From: a virus
Taxonomy: Duplodnaviria > Caudoviricetes
Virus record (IMG/VR): IMGVR_UViG_3300040971_000128
Span: 1 to 33,649 of that record
Direction: 5' to 3' (one strand)
DNA length: 33,649 bases
The notes beneath the pieces are model-generated. The model was not told where the DNA came from and did not search any database. It was given only the letters and a program-made list of their open reading frames with translations. This document shows positions 1 through 9,212 of the stretch, piece by piece; position 1 is the stretch's first letter, and every line of letters begins with the position of its first letter. The position numbers and the translations under genes were made by a program.

Positions 1-127
1 GGTGCAGGTAACGATTTTCAATCGTACCGGCCTCGAGAACCTGCCAAATGTAGACGGCGCCATGTTGGCGGCAGGCTTTACAAAATCAGCAATGCGTCAG
101 ATCGACGTGGGTGCCCAGAGCAGCCAC
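1..127. repeat. Terminal overlap identical to 33523-33649 (circular contig)
   Basis: First 127 nt match the last 127 nt exactly; an ORF reads through the junction. Confidence 0.97.
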
Positions 128-175
128 TACGCTATGGCGCTGGATTACTATTTTTACAAGGAGACAATCGCATGA
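2..175 (+). CDS. 3' part of putative tail terminator gene that wraps the junction (starts at 33350)
   Basis: Frame continues VQVTIFNRTG...DYYFYKETIA to TGA 173-175, overlapping the next ATG (ATGA). Confidence 0.7.
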   Translation: MQVTIFNRTGLENLPNVDGAMLAAGFTKSAMRQIDVGAQSSHYAMALDYYFYKETIA

Positions 176-1089
176 CGACTCAAGCTGAGTACCTTACCAG
201 CATTGGCCTGGATAGCGTTTATGCCGCCCAGGTATTGCAAGACGACGCCAACGGTTTCGTAGCCGATGCGCCGTTTTACCTGGCCCCGGTCGCTGAAATG
301 TCTGGCGCGCCGAAACTGACCGACGAAGTGCTGTATTACGACGACCAGGCCTATGAGCTGCTGCAAAGCGAGGGCATTACTGAGCGCAAAATCAAGCTTT
401 CGGCTTTGCCGCCCGAAATCGAAGCGCTGCTGACCGGCGAGAATTTTGACGCAGTCGCTGGCCGCCTGTACGACTCGTCCACACCGCTTAATGCGCCCTA
501 TTTCGCCCTGGGCTACCGTACTAAAAAGAGCAACGGCCATTACCGCTACGCCTGGTTCCTTAAGGGAAAATTCCAGAAACCGGGCGCTGAGCACGTCACG
601 GTTGGCGAAAAGGCCGAAGGCAAGCCGCTTGAGCTGATGTACAGCGCTCAGAAAACGATCTACAAATTTACACAGCCAAATTCGATCACGGATGGCGTCA
701 AACGCATCATTGGCGACCAGGACACGACCGGTTTCGACCCGAGTGGCTGGTTTAGTGCGGTCCAGACCCCGCAGACGGTTGCCCCGGATGCCTTGTCTGT
801 GACTTTCAGCCCGGCCAATAACGCCACCGGCGTGGTTGTTTCGGCCAACGTGGTGCTGACCTTTAACAACCGCATCCGCACGGGCGATGATGGCATTTTA
901 GTGGCCAAGGCCGATGGTACCGCGGTTGTGGCCGGTTCTTACTCGTGGGATACCGCGGGCAAGGTTTTGACCATCGACCCGACCAGCAACCTTTCGGCCT
1001 CGACCCTGTACCTGATCATGCTATCTGGCGTGACCGATATCTACGGCCAGGTGCTGGCCAACACCGTTTCCAAATTCACCACTGCCTAA
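172..1089 (+). CDS. Major tail (tube) protein, phi13 family, with C-terminal Ig-like (Big_5-type) domain
   Basis: PYFALGYRTKKSNGHYRYAWFLKGKF motif; C-terminal SPANNATGV...LTFNN...LTIDP..L..TLY...GVTDIYG; AGGAG RBS. Confidence 0.9.
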   Translation: MTTQAEYLTSIGLDSVYAAQVLQDDANGFVADAPFYLAPVAEMSGAPKLTDEVLYYDDQAYELLQSEGITERKIKLSALPPEIEALLTGENFDAVAGRLYDSSTPLNAPYFALGYRTKKSNGHYRYAWFLKGKFQKPGAEHVTVGEKAEGKPLELMYSAQKTIYKFTQPNSITDGVKRIIGDQDTTGFDPSGWFSAVQTPQTVAPDALSVTFSPANNATGVVVSANVVLTFNNRIRTGDDGILVAKADGTAVVAGSYSWDTAGKVLTIDPTSNLSASTLYLIMLSGVTDIYGQVLANTVSKFTTA

Positions 1090-1099
1090 TTCAACATTC

Positions 1100-1140
1100 A
1101 GTTTTAAGGCAAACGAATCTGATTCGTTTGCCTTAAAACT
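1100..1140. repeat. Perfect 20-bp inverted repeat with 1-nt centre after major tail gene
   Basis: AGTTTTAAGGCAAACGAATC-T-GATTCGTTTGCCTTAAAACT; no U-tract follows. Confidence 0.85.
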
Positions 1141-1154
1141 AACCCGGAGCCGTT

Positions 1155-1478
1155 ATGCCACCCATCAAAGCGCCAATTGAGCTAAATCTTTACGACGACA
1201 GCGACGAACCAATCAAAGATCTTCGCCGTATCATCATTCCCTGGGGCCTGGCCAAAAAAGCAGTATCCATCAGCAAAAGCTTGCGGGCCAGCGATGAAAT
1301 CGAGGCTGACCAGGTAGATGCGATCACCGACCTGGTCGTCGAGATTTTCGGCGAAGATAAGGTTTCGCGCGAAGAGCTCGAAAAATTTGCAGATCTGAGC
1401 GACATGGTATCGGTCATCCGCGCGATCGAAGTGAGAGCGTTTAACCTGGTCCCAAATCCACCACCAGCAGCGAAATAG
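1155..1478 (+). CDS. Tail assembly chaperone (gpG-like)
   Basis: Lies between tail tube and tape measure genes; acidic 107-aa protein; slippery site near 3' end. Confidence 0.85.
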   Translation: MPPIKAPIELNLYDDSDEPIKDLRRIIIPWGLAKKAVSISKSLRASDEIEADQVDAITDLVVEIFGEDKVSREELEKFADLSDMVSVIRAIEVRAFNLVPNPPPAAK

Positions 1479-1693
1479 GTGCGCCCTCGCTGCTGGATGA
1501 TTCGCAGAGCGCAGCCGATTGGACGCTGGAGATGGAACGCGTCCTGATTGAGCGGTTCCATTGGTCTCTGTATGATCTGGACCGTACCGACATTGAGTCA
1601 TTATTCCCATTTTTCTTTCACCTGAGCGCTGCGGCGGACTCAAACCAACAGCCGGTGCAGCTCAGGTATGCAGACCAGGTCCCGTGGATGTAG
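1451..1693 (+). CDS. -1 frameshift extension of tail chaperone (gpGT-like)
   Basis: In-frame C CCA AAT (X XXY YYZ) at 1451-1457; -1 frame open to TAG 1691-1693, encoding ...HWSLYDLDRTDIESLFPFF...YADQVPWM. Confidence 0.8.
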   Translation, partial: PKSTTSSEIGAPSLLDDSQSAADWTLEMERVLIERFHWSLYDLDRTDIESLFPFFFHLSAAADSNQQPVQLRYADQVPWM

Positions 1694-1696
1694 ACG

Positions 1697-3880
1697 ATGA
1701 CAGAGCCGCTTAGCACAAAAGCCGGGATGGATGTAGCCGACTTCGTAGCCGGTGTCAAAACCATTAATACATCGATGCGCGTCCTGGATAGCGATTTTAA
1801 GAAAAACGCTGCCGCCCTGGGGGACTGGTCGAAAAGCGCTACCGGCATGGAAGAGCGCATTAAATTTTTGAACAACGCCATCGACCTGCAACGACAAAAA
1901 CTCGATAAAACCCAGGCAGCCTACGAAGCCCAGGTAAAACTTACCGGGGAAAATTCGAAGGCTGCCCAGGAATGGCTGATTAAGGTCAACAAGGCAACTG
2001 AGTCGCTCAACAAAATGGAGTATGAGTTGGGCCAAAACGAAGAAGCACTCAAGGAAATGGGCGACGAATCGCAGAAATCAGCCAAGTCCGTCGATGACCT
2101 GGGTGATAAATCCAAGCAAACAAGTAACGTATTGGGCGCGCTGAAGGGCGCGCTGATGGGCGTGATCGGTGTTGTGGCAGCCGTTGCGGCTGGTGTGGCC
2201 ATCGCGGCCACCGCGATCGGCGGGCTGGTTTTTAGCACGGCCAGCGCCTCGGCAGAGCTGGTCGATATGGCTGCAAAAACGGGCATATCGACAACACGCC
2301 TGCAAGAGTTGGCCTATGTGGGCGACCAGGTTGGCACGTCTCAAGAGACGATCACCGGGTCGTTGTCGCGTTTAATTCGCACGATGTCTGGGGCGCAAGG
2401 CCAGTTCGCAGATTATGCCGCGGCCCAGGCTGCCGCACAAGCCAAGGGCGAGAGTTTTGACGGTCAGTTGGGTGACAACGCTGCGGCGTTTGAGCGCCTG
2501 GGGGTGCAGGTTACAGACTCAAGCGGCAACCTGCGAGACTCCGAAACTGTTTTTAGCGAAGTCATCACCGCCCTGGGCAAAATCTCAAACGAGACTGAGC
2601 GAGACGCGATATCCATGTCGATTTTCGGTAAATCGGCGATGGAGCTCAACCCACTGATCAAAGCGGGCAGCGATGAGCTGGCGCGCCTGGCCGAAGAAGC
2701 CCACAAAGTTGGGGCGGTCATGTCCGAGGAAGATGTTGCCGCCTTCGAAGCCTTCGACGACACGTTATCCAGCCTTCAGGCGGGCCTAAAGGGCACGCTC
2801 GGCACGCTGGCAGCATCCTTCCTGCCGGGTTTCCAAAGCGTTTTCGACCAGGCGGGCGGATATTTACAGTCATTTTCCGAGATTGTGCGCGGGTCGAATG
2901 GCGACCTGGGTCAGGTTGCCCAGGGGTTGACCGGCTTGATTGGTCAGATTATCGGAGATGTCACCCAGCAGGCCCCGCAGATGTTGCAGGCCGGGCTGGG
3001 TATTTTGCAGTCGATCATCACTGCCATCGTTGACAATCTACCGACCATGATCCCGGCTGCGATCGGTATGGTCCAAACCCTGCTGACATTTATCATCGCA
3101 AACCTGCCCATGATCATCGATGCTGGTTTACAGCTATTGATTGCGCTCGTAACGGGCATCGCGGAGGCTCTGCCGACTCTGGTGCCCGCGATGGTTGGTG
3201 TCATTGCTCAAATCGTGACAACGTTGATCAACAACCTGCCGGCATTAATTCAGGCGGCCTTGCTGTTGATTTTAGCGCTGGCTGAGGGGCTGGTTGCTGC
3301 GGTGCCAGTGTTGGCGCCTGCCATCCCGGTCATTATGACGGCGATCTTTGATGCCTTGATTGCGATCTCTCCCATGTTATTGGATGCTGGTCTGAAATTG
3401 ATCGAAACCCTGGCCAAGGGCACGCTGAACAACCTGCCTATATTGGTGAGCTCTGCGATTGATGTTGGCAAAGCGGTTGTGGATGGTGTTTGGCGCGGCA
3501 TCCAGAACAGCGCCAGTATGTTTGCCAGCAATGTTAGTAAATTTTTCACGGGTATTATTGACGCAGCCAAGGAAGCGCTCGGGATCAATTCGCCCTCGAC
3601 AGAAGGCAAAGCGATCGGCAAAAACTTTATCGATAGCGTTGGGTTGGGCGGCGAGCAAGAATCAGGCGCCATGCAGCGCAAAATTGCAACAATCTTACGG
3701 ACGATGACCGGCGTTTCCGCAGAAACGGCCTTCGCGGGCGCGGTGGCCGGGGGCGGGGGTAGCAGTATCCAGATTGGCGATATCTACGTGGATGCGCGCG
3801 GAGCCAAAGACCCGGCGGCAGTGGGTCATGCCGTTGGGGATGGCCTGGTAGCGCGGCTGCGTGGGTCGGGAGTGCTGTAA
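1697..3880 (+). CDS. Tail tape measure protein
   Basis: 727 aa, Ala/Gly-rich helical, N-terminal coiled coil, hydrophobic Pro-spaced repeats, LGINSPS motif. Confidence 0.93.
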   Translation: MTEPLSTKAGMDVADFVAGVKTINTSMRVLDSDFKKNAAALGDWSKSATGMEERIKFLNNAIDLQRQKLDKTQAAYEAQVKLTGENSKAAQEWLIKVNKATESLNKMEYELGQNEEALKEMGDESQKSAKSVDDLGDKSKQTSNVLGALKGALMGVIGVVAAVAAGVAIAATAIGGLVFSTASASAELVDMAAKTGISTTRLQELAYVGDQVGTSQETITGSLSRLIRTMSGAQGQFADYAAAQAAAQAKGESFDGQLGDNAAAFERLGVQVTDSSGNLRDSETVFSEVITALGKISNETERDAISMSIFGKSAMELNPLIKAGSDELARLAEEAHKVGAVMSEEDVAAFEAFDDTLSSLQAGLKGTLGTLAASFLPGFQSVFDQAGGYLQSFSEIVRGSNGDLGQVAQGLTGLIGQIIGDVTQQAPQMLQAGLGILQSIITAIVDNLPTMIPAAIGMVQTLLTFIIANLPMIIDAGLQLLIALVTGIAEALPTLVPAMVGVIAQIVTTLINNLPALIQAALLLILALAEGLVAAVPVLAPAIPVIMTAIFDALIAISPMLLDAGLKLIETLAKGTLNNLPILVSSAIDVGKAVVDGVWRGIQNSASMFASNVSKFFTGIIDAAKEALGINSPSTEGKAIGKNFIDSVGLGGEQESGAMQRKIATILRTMTGVSAETAFAGAVAGGGGSSIQIGDIYVDARGAKDPAAVGHAVGDGLVARLRGSGVL
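3713..3726. promoter_or_regulatory. parS-like palindrome copy 1 (GTTTCCGCAGAAAC)
   Basis: GTTTC-N4-GAAAC, one of four copies seen. Confidence 0.5.
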
Positions 3881-4731
3881 TGTATCGATTAATACGCTTC
3901 GGCGGGTTGACTCTGGAGCACACCAACCAGATTGATGATGTGGGCAGCGGTGAGACCCCAGTCAGCTATTCGGTGCTGGCCGATGGCGGCGCTCTGGATA
4001 ATTTCGGCGCAGCCCAAAAGCAGCCTGGTCTGGTTGATCGGGTTGCGGCGCGTGTGTTGACCGCCACCAGCGTGGCCGGGCTGACAGAAAAATACTTCAA
4101 TCTGCTTGCCCTGCGCGGGAAACGCGATCGGCTTTATCGCCGGTTGGCCACCGGCGAAGTGCAATGGGTTTGGGCGCGCCTGGTGTCAGTCAATGGCCGT
4201 CGAGATTACCAGCGCACCCAGCTTCAGCGCGTCCAGGATGTTGAGCTGCACTTTGCCTGTCAGGATGCTTTCTGGCGCGGGCTGCCTGTGTTCGAGTGGC
4301 TGCTCGACGATGGCTACTTGCTCGACGACGGTTTATTCTTGGACGCCGATCAGCAATATGAGTTAACGGCCAGCTCGTGTGCGCTGAGCGTATTGGTTAG
4401 CAGCGGGTTTGGGCGCGCGCCGATTCGCGCAATGGCCATCAAGGTGACAGCTCCTGGCAGCGCAATCAGCAATATTACGATTGCCAGGGCTGGCGGCGAA
4501 TCAATCACATTTAACGGCACGATCGCGGCCAATAAAGTGTTGATCATCGACACCGGCACCATGCAAGTCAAAAATGATGGCGTCGATGCCTATAACGACC
4601 TGGTAATTTCACCGACCGCCGATATGGCATCCTGGTTTAGCTTGCTGCCAGGCAGCAACGCACTGACCATCACTTACACCGGCGCGGCGGGTGGATCGAT
4701 TGAGTTCGCTTATCACGAGGCCTGGTACTAA
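3880..4731 (+). CDS. Distal tail protein (Dit-like)
   Basis: Directly after tape measure; LIIDTG...V.NDG and WFSLLPGSNAL...Y..AWY C-terminus. Confidence 0.8.
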   Translation: MYRLIRFGGLTLEHTNQIDDVGSGETPVSYSVLADGGALDNFGAAQKQPGLVDRVAARVLTATSVAGLTEKYFNLLALRGKRDRLYRRLATGEVQWVWARLVSVNGRRDYQRTQLQRVQDVELHFACQDAFWRGLPVFEWLLDDGYLLDDGLFLDADQQYELTASSCALSVLVSSGFGRAPIRAMAIKVTAPGSAISNITIARAGGESITFNGTIAANKVLIIDTGTMQVKNDGVDAYNDLVISPTADMASWFSLLPGSNALTITYTGAAGGSIEFAYHEAWY

Positions 4732-4732
4732 C

Positions 4733-6685
4733 ATGGAGATACGCTCTTTTTGGGTAGATATCGAGGACGCAGCCGGGAACAAGCTCGGGGCGGGTCCGCT
4801 GCGGGCTGATGGCTGGGATCAAACAGCCAGGTTATCGGCTTGCGGAGACTTCAGCTTTCGGGCCAGCGCTTTGGATCCCAATCGAGCCGCCTTGGCTGAA
4901 AAGCGGGTCGCGGTTTGCCGTTATATCGAGCGTGATGGAACCGTGGACGAACTTGGGCGCGGGATCATCGATAAGATTGTATTTTCAATTGACGAGGACG
5001 GCGCGCTCTGGTTGGACGTGAGCGGCAATGATATCGGGCGAGAGCTGTCGTATCGATCGGTGGGCTCGCTCGACCTGGCTGGCAGCGGCTTGGGCGTCAA
5101 CGATGCGCCAGATCAAATCATGGCGTTTGCACCGGCTGGCTGGAGCATTACAGATGGCCTAACCGAAACAAACGTATATGCCGGGTACGACGGCGAGTCG
5201 GTTTTGTCTGCACTCTCGAAATCTGGCGAGCATATCGGCGAGCACTGGCGGCTTGGCAGCGGGCGGGTGGTCAACTGGTTAGGTCCAGCATCCGGGTTCG
5301 CTGCGAGCGGCGTGCGGGCCGTGCAGCATGTCAACTCAGTGGTTGAATCTGAGTCGGTCGACGACATTGCAATCATCCTCGGACTGACGGAAGAAAACGA
5401 TACTGCCGACCTGCTGACGCGCATCATCCCGCGCGGCAGTGGCAACGGTTCTGCGATTGTGACCATTTCGGCGGCTACGGATGGCGCGCCCAGCGGGTAC
5501 ACACTCAACAAGCCAGGCAATTATGTCATGCGCAACGATGCTGAGAGTCAGTACGGCCGCATCGAGCGCGCGCTTGATTTTAAAGAGATTGGGCCGCTCT
5601 CGAACACCGATGCCGATGTGCAAGCCGCGTCCAACGCGCTGCTCCAGGCATCGGTTGAGCACCTGCGGCGCTACGGCATGCCGCAAAAGTTTTATAAGGT
5701 TGATCTGCACACCAACACAATACTCCAGCCCGGATCGACACTGCGCGTGATCTACCGCAACATGGTGGATGGTGTGGTTTATTACGATCTGGACGGCGAA
5801 TACAACATCCTGGATGCTACCCGCCGAATTGACGGGACCGGCATTTTGACGGTCGGAGTCACGATCTCGACTATCGACCGGCTGCCGCAATCTGATATCG
5901 AGTATCTGGCCGGGCAGATGAGCCAGGCCCAGGTGCTGGCAGCTCACCAGCAGTTAGGCGCCAGTGTTGACACGCTGGCCTGGCGCGATGAGATGGACGA
6001 TGCACACGGCGCATCGCTGCGCTTTTGGCTGGGTGACGAGTACACCAGCGTCCAGCGCGCCATCCTGCGATTTCGCATCCAGCCGCTGCGCAGCACCGTC
6101 AAATCGGTATCGGCGGCATCGACTACCAGCTCATCGGGTGGTGGAGGTACCAGTACCAGCGCGGCGGGTGGCGGACTGACGGCAGACGGGGGCAGTCATC
6201 TGCATAATACAACGATTGGCTCAGCCACGCCAAACGCGCCAGATATCGGCTGGTTTCGCAGTGGCGGGTTTATCACTCCCGTCTCCGCATCTAGCCCCGG
6301 CGATGTATTTCAGGCTGGGGTGAGCGCAACGCACGATCACCCTATCCCTGCCCACACACACGAGGTCACAATCCCTGACCATACGCACGAGGTCACGCCG
6401 ACCATCAATATGCTTTATGGCATCTTCGAGGAGTCGTCTGGTAACACACTAGGGCTGGCCGACCTGGTGATCAAGCTCAACGGCGGGTCAGATTTGAGCG
6501 CAGGCGTCGAGAGCCTGGGCGGCGGTTGGTATGCGCTCGACATCACTGCCGGGTTGGTCAATAGTGTTTACAGGCCAGCCCAGGAAAATAACGAAGTAAC
6601 TTTCTCGACCGCGGTCGAAAAAACCGCGCGGATCGAGGCTCAGCTAACCATCCGCGGCGTAGTGCAGGCCGTGAATTACGAATAA
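4733..6685 (+). CDS. Tail tip/baseplate hub protein with C-terminal HxH needle-like segment
   Basis: Follows Dit; TRIIPRG and YGRIER hub-like motifs; HLH/HDH/HTH motifs; likely start ATG 4733. Confidence 0.7.
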   Translation: MEIRSFWVDIEDAAGNKLGAGPLRADGWDQTARLSACGDFSFRASALDPNRAALAEKRVAVCRYIERDGTVDELGRGIIDKIVFSIDEDGALWLDVSGNDIGRELSYRSVGSLDLAGSGLGVNDAPDQIMAFAPAGWSITDGLTETNVYAGYDGESVLSALSKSGEHIGEHWRLGSGRVVNWLGPASGFAASGVRAVQHVNSVVESESVDDIAIILGLTEENDTADLLTRIIPRGSGNGSAIVTISAATDGAPSGYTLNKPGNYVMRNDAESQYGRIERALDFKEIGPLSNTDADVQAASNALLQASVEHLRRYGMPQKFYKVDLHTNTILQPGSTLRVIYRNMVDGVVYYDLDGEYNILDATRRIDGTGILTVGVTISTIDRLPQSDIEYLAGQMSQAQVLAAHQQLGASVDTLAWRDEMDDAHGASLRFWLGDEYTSVQRAILRFRIQPLRSTVKSVSAASTTSSSGGGGTSTSAAGGGLTADGGSHLHNTTIGSATPNAPDIGWFRSGGFITPVSASSPGDVFQAGVSATHDHPIPAHTHEVTIPDHTHEVTPTINMLYGIFEESSGNTLGLADLVIKLNGGSDLSAGVESLGGGWYALDITAGLVNSVYRPAQENNEVTFSTAVEKTARIEAQLTIRGVVQAVNYE

Positions 6686-6709
6686 CATTCCACAACCCAG
6701 GAGAAACGC

Positions 6710-8002
6710 ATGACCACCAACCATCACGATCCTATTGTATTTCGAAGCGCAGCCGATGCAGAGACATTTAACGAGCCGATGGCTCAGCTCGACGCTGCGC
6801 TGACTGCTCAGGCCACTGCAATCGCCACTGCCGAAGGCGAGATCGACACCCTGCAAGGTGAGATGTCCGCGGCCCAGGGAAGCATCAGCACCCTGCAAGG
6901 CGATATGTCCACGGCCCAGGGAAACATCAGCACTTTGCAAGGCGATATGTCCACGGCCCAAGGAAACATCAGTACCTTGCAAGGCGATATGAGCACGGCC
7001 CAGGGAAACATAAGCACCTTGCAAGGTGAGATGTCAACGGCCCAGGGCGACATCAGCACCCTGCAAGGCGATGTGTCCGCGGCTCAGGGTGACATTGTCA
7101 GTATCTACACCCTGCTGGATAGTTTGACCGTAGCGAGTTCCCTGCCGCATTTCGGTCGACTCACTTTGCAGTCTGGCAAGCCGATTCCAGACGCGCCGGT
7201 GGGTGACACCAGTCTGATTTATTTCACCCCGTATTTGGGCAACCTGCTGCAAATCGACGGTCAACTGATTGAGTTCACCGAGTTTTCGCTCAATATTGAA
7301 AGCGTCGAGGAAGAGAATGCCTACGACGTATATCTGTGTTACGAAACCATAGAAGGCGAGAGAACCTATTACATCGGTTATGGTCCGGCCTGGGCCACGC
7401 TCAACAGTCGCGGAACCGGCGTCAACACGGCGGAGCTTACACTCGATGGCGGGGTATATGTCAACAAATATGCGATGAATTTGACCTGCGGCGCAGCTGA
7501 GACAGATGTAGCGGTTGGCGCAGGCCAGGCCAAGTATCTGGGTTCCTTCCTGTCGACTGATGGCGGGCCTGGCAGCCCAACCGGCGTTGGTAAAACCGCC
7601 GACGATGCCACGCGCGGGTATCTGTTTAATGCGTACAATCAGGTTGAGCGGCAACTGCAACTATATACCGAAAATGAGCATAGCTACGAAAGCGGCTCTA
7701 TGCGAGACTGGAACGGGACACGCGAAACACAGCTCTCTGTGATTATTGGTTTGGAGAATCAACACGCAGAGTTATTTGTAAATGCATCGGCCCTGCAAAT
7801 GAACAACATCCAAATACAGGTCGAGGATAATTCGGATTTGGAAAATTTCACAATGCTTGGCAAGTTTGCAGCCGAAGAATACAAATCAGCGGGCGGCAAG
7901 GTGACCTGCGCCGTAGGGGTAAATAATGCTATCGTGCGCGAGGCTGGCGCGTCTGGCGGGTACGCAATCACAGCCCGCGCGGCTATGTTTACCATGCGCT
8001 AA
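6710..8002 (+). CDS. Tail fibre / receptor-binding protein with coiled-coil stalk
   Basis: Six 14-aa repeats followed by beta-rich domain (GRLTL.SG.P, YLGSF, LFNAYNQV). Confidence 0.7.
   Translation: MTTNHHDPIVFRSAADAETFNEPMAQLDAALTAQATAIATAEGEIDTLQGEMSAAQGSISTLQGDMSTAQGNISTLQGDMSTAQGNISTLQGDMSTAQGNISTLQGEMSTAQGDISTLQGDVSAAQGDIVSIYTLLDSLTVASSLPHFGRLTLQSGKPIPDAPVGDTSLIYFTPYLGNLLQIDGQLIEFTEFSLNIESVEEENAYDVYLCYETIEGERTYYIGYGPAWATLNSRGTGVNTAELTLDGGVYVNKYAMNLTCGAAETDVAVGAGQAKYLGSFLSTDGGPGSPTGVGKTADDATRGYLFNAYNQVERQLQLYTENEHSYESGSMRDWNGTRETQLSVIIGLENQHAELFVNASALQMNNIQIQVEDNSDLENFTMLGKFAAEEYKSAGGKVTCAVGVNNAIVREAGASGGYAITARAAMFTMR
6848..7099 (+). repeat. Six tandem 42-bp coding repeats (TLQGDMSTAQGNIS)
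   Basis: In-frame repeats with synonymous variation. Confidence 0.9.
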
Positions 8003-8004
8003 TC

Positions 8005-8163
8005 ATGCCCAGACTCTTGCGCCAACTTCCAGCCATGCTCGCCTGTGCCCTGATCGGGTGCGTGGTGACGTGGCTGGAGCGGCGCGCGCGTCGGGGTGAC
8101 CTGCCGGCAATGCCAGAGCCTGCCGGCGGGCTGGATTTACTGGCCTGGCTATCTAAAGATTAG
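8005..8163 (+). CDS. Small protein with one hydrophobic segment (52 aa, not in ORF track)
   Basis: MPRLLRQLPAMLACALIGCVVTWLERR...LSKD; fills gap between fibre gene and next RBS. Confidence 0.45.
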   Translation: MPRLLRQLPAMLACALIGCVVTWLERRARRGDLPAMPEPAGGLDLLAWLSKD

Positions 8164-8174
8164 GAGGCCCCACC

Positions 8175-8456
8175 ATGCAATTCGTTTACTGCAAAAAAGA
8201 GACAAAAATGTATGTTGCGCCAGACACATCGGTCACATTTTTTAAGTTGACCGCGGGATCACGCCGTGAAGTGGACGACCTGCTGCCGAATGACCAGGAA
8301 CCCGAATGGGTGGTTATCCTGGATAACAAGCAATCGCGTTACCTGCTGGCCAGCGAAGTGCTGATCAAGCAACAGGCGGGCGGCGGGCTGGCTGATTTGC
8401 GCGGGTTGATCCTGCGCCTGGTGACCTGGGCTGCCCAGTACGGGTTTAAGCCGTAA
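8175..8456 (+). CDS. Hypothetical protein, possibly SH3-like
   Basis: AGGAGG RBS; L.AG...V...WV.I...Y pattern loosely like SH3b. Confidence 0.6.
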   Translation: MQFVYCKKETKMYVAPDTSVTFFKLTAGSRREVDDLLPNDQEPEWVVILDNKQSRYLLASEVLIKQQAGGGLADLRGLILRLVTWAAQYGFKP

Positions 8457-8467
8457 GGCTGCGCGCT

Positions 8468-8797
8468 ATGACGACCGACGATCTCGCAGCCCGGGTGCAG
8501 GCGCTGTTGGAAAATGGCAAGTCCATCCCGCCGACGTTGCGCAATGGATTGATGCTGTCATTGCTGATCGATCTGCACCGGCAGAATCGCGAGATCGTCG
8601 AGGAGCTGAAGGCCATCAAGGTGGATGTCTCTCATGTCAAATCGAAATCCATCCTGATTTGGGTTGAGAAACATCCGCGCATGGCTGGTTTTATCGCGCT
8701 GGCCGCGATGACGCTCTCGAATGCCTGGTTCGTGAGCGGCTACCGAAAGCCAATCCTGGCCTGGCTGCTGGGCGTGCCTGAGGACACAATCCCGTAG
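8468..8797 (+). CDS. Hypothetical membrane protein (coiled coil plus C-terminal TM), holin-like position
   Basis: Last gene of late operon; MAGFIALAAMTLSNAWFV hydrophobic stretch. Confidence 0.6.
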   Translation: MTTDDLAARVQALLENGKSIPPTLRNGLMLSLLIDLHRQNREIVEELKAIKVDVSHVKSKSILIWVEKHPRMAGFIALAAMTLSNAWFVSGYRKPILAWLLGVPEDTIP

Positions 8798-8801
8798 GTG
8801 T

Positions 8802-8815
8802 GTTTCGGTGGAAAC
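8802..8815. promoter_or_regulatory. parS-like palindrome copy 2 (GTTTCGGTGGAAAC)
   Basis: GTTTC-N4-GAAAC, intergenic. Confidence 0.5.
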
Positions 8816-8872
8816 GGTTTACCCCCTCCCGGCCTCCCCCAAATAGCAAAAAGCGCGATTTGGGGGATGGGT

Positions 8873-8904
8873 AAAAAAAAGCCGCCTTTGAAGGCGGCTT
8901 TTTT
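8873..8904. terminator. Bidirectional rho-independent terminator
   Basis: A8-GCCGCCTT-TG-AAGGCGGC-T6 between convergent units. Confidence 0.85.
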
Positions 8905-9038
8905 GATTGGGAAAACTTGTTCTATCTTTGCCTGTGCGCGAAAAAAGCAGTATAGGTTTGGCGTTTTTGGGTGAAAAACGATAGTTGATGCGCGCGGGGC
9001 CTGCCAGGGGCCTTCCTGGGCCGTTTTGCGGGGTTGGT

Positions 9039-9212
9039 TTACATTGCCAGCCCTGCAATCGGGATCGCGGCTAGGAAGGCATATGCCAGGGCCTTTAGTA
9101 TCTTGCGACCGCTGAGCGTTGGGTCAGATACAAACGCCGGCAGCAGCAGGCAGATTGTTATGCCTGCAAACGCGCCAAGGATGTTGATGCCGAACGCAAC
9201 AAGGCTTGTCAT
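9039..9212 (-). CDS. Small two-TM membrane protein (57 aa, not in ORF track)
   Basis: MTSLVAFGINILGAFAGITICLLLPAFV...ALAYAFLAAIPIAGLAM; ATG overlaps exonuclease stop (ATGA). Confidence 0.65.
   Translation of the reverse strand: MTSLVAFGINILGAFAGITICLLLPAFVSDPTLSGRKILKALAYAFLAAIPIAGLAM

Noticed and set aside
6710-8002. Diversity-generating retroelement or CRISPR at the fibre gene
   Set aside because: No reverse transcriptase, no TR/VR pair seen; repeats are in-frame coding units
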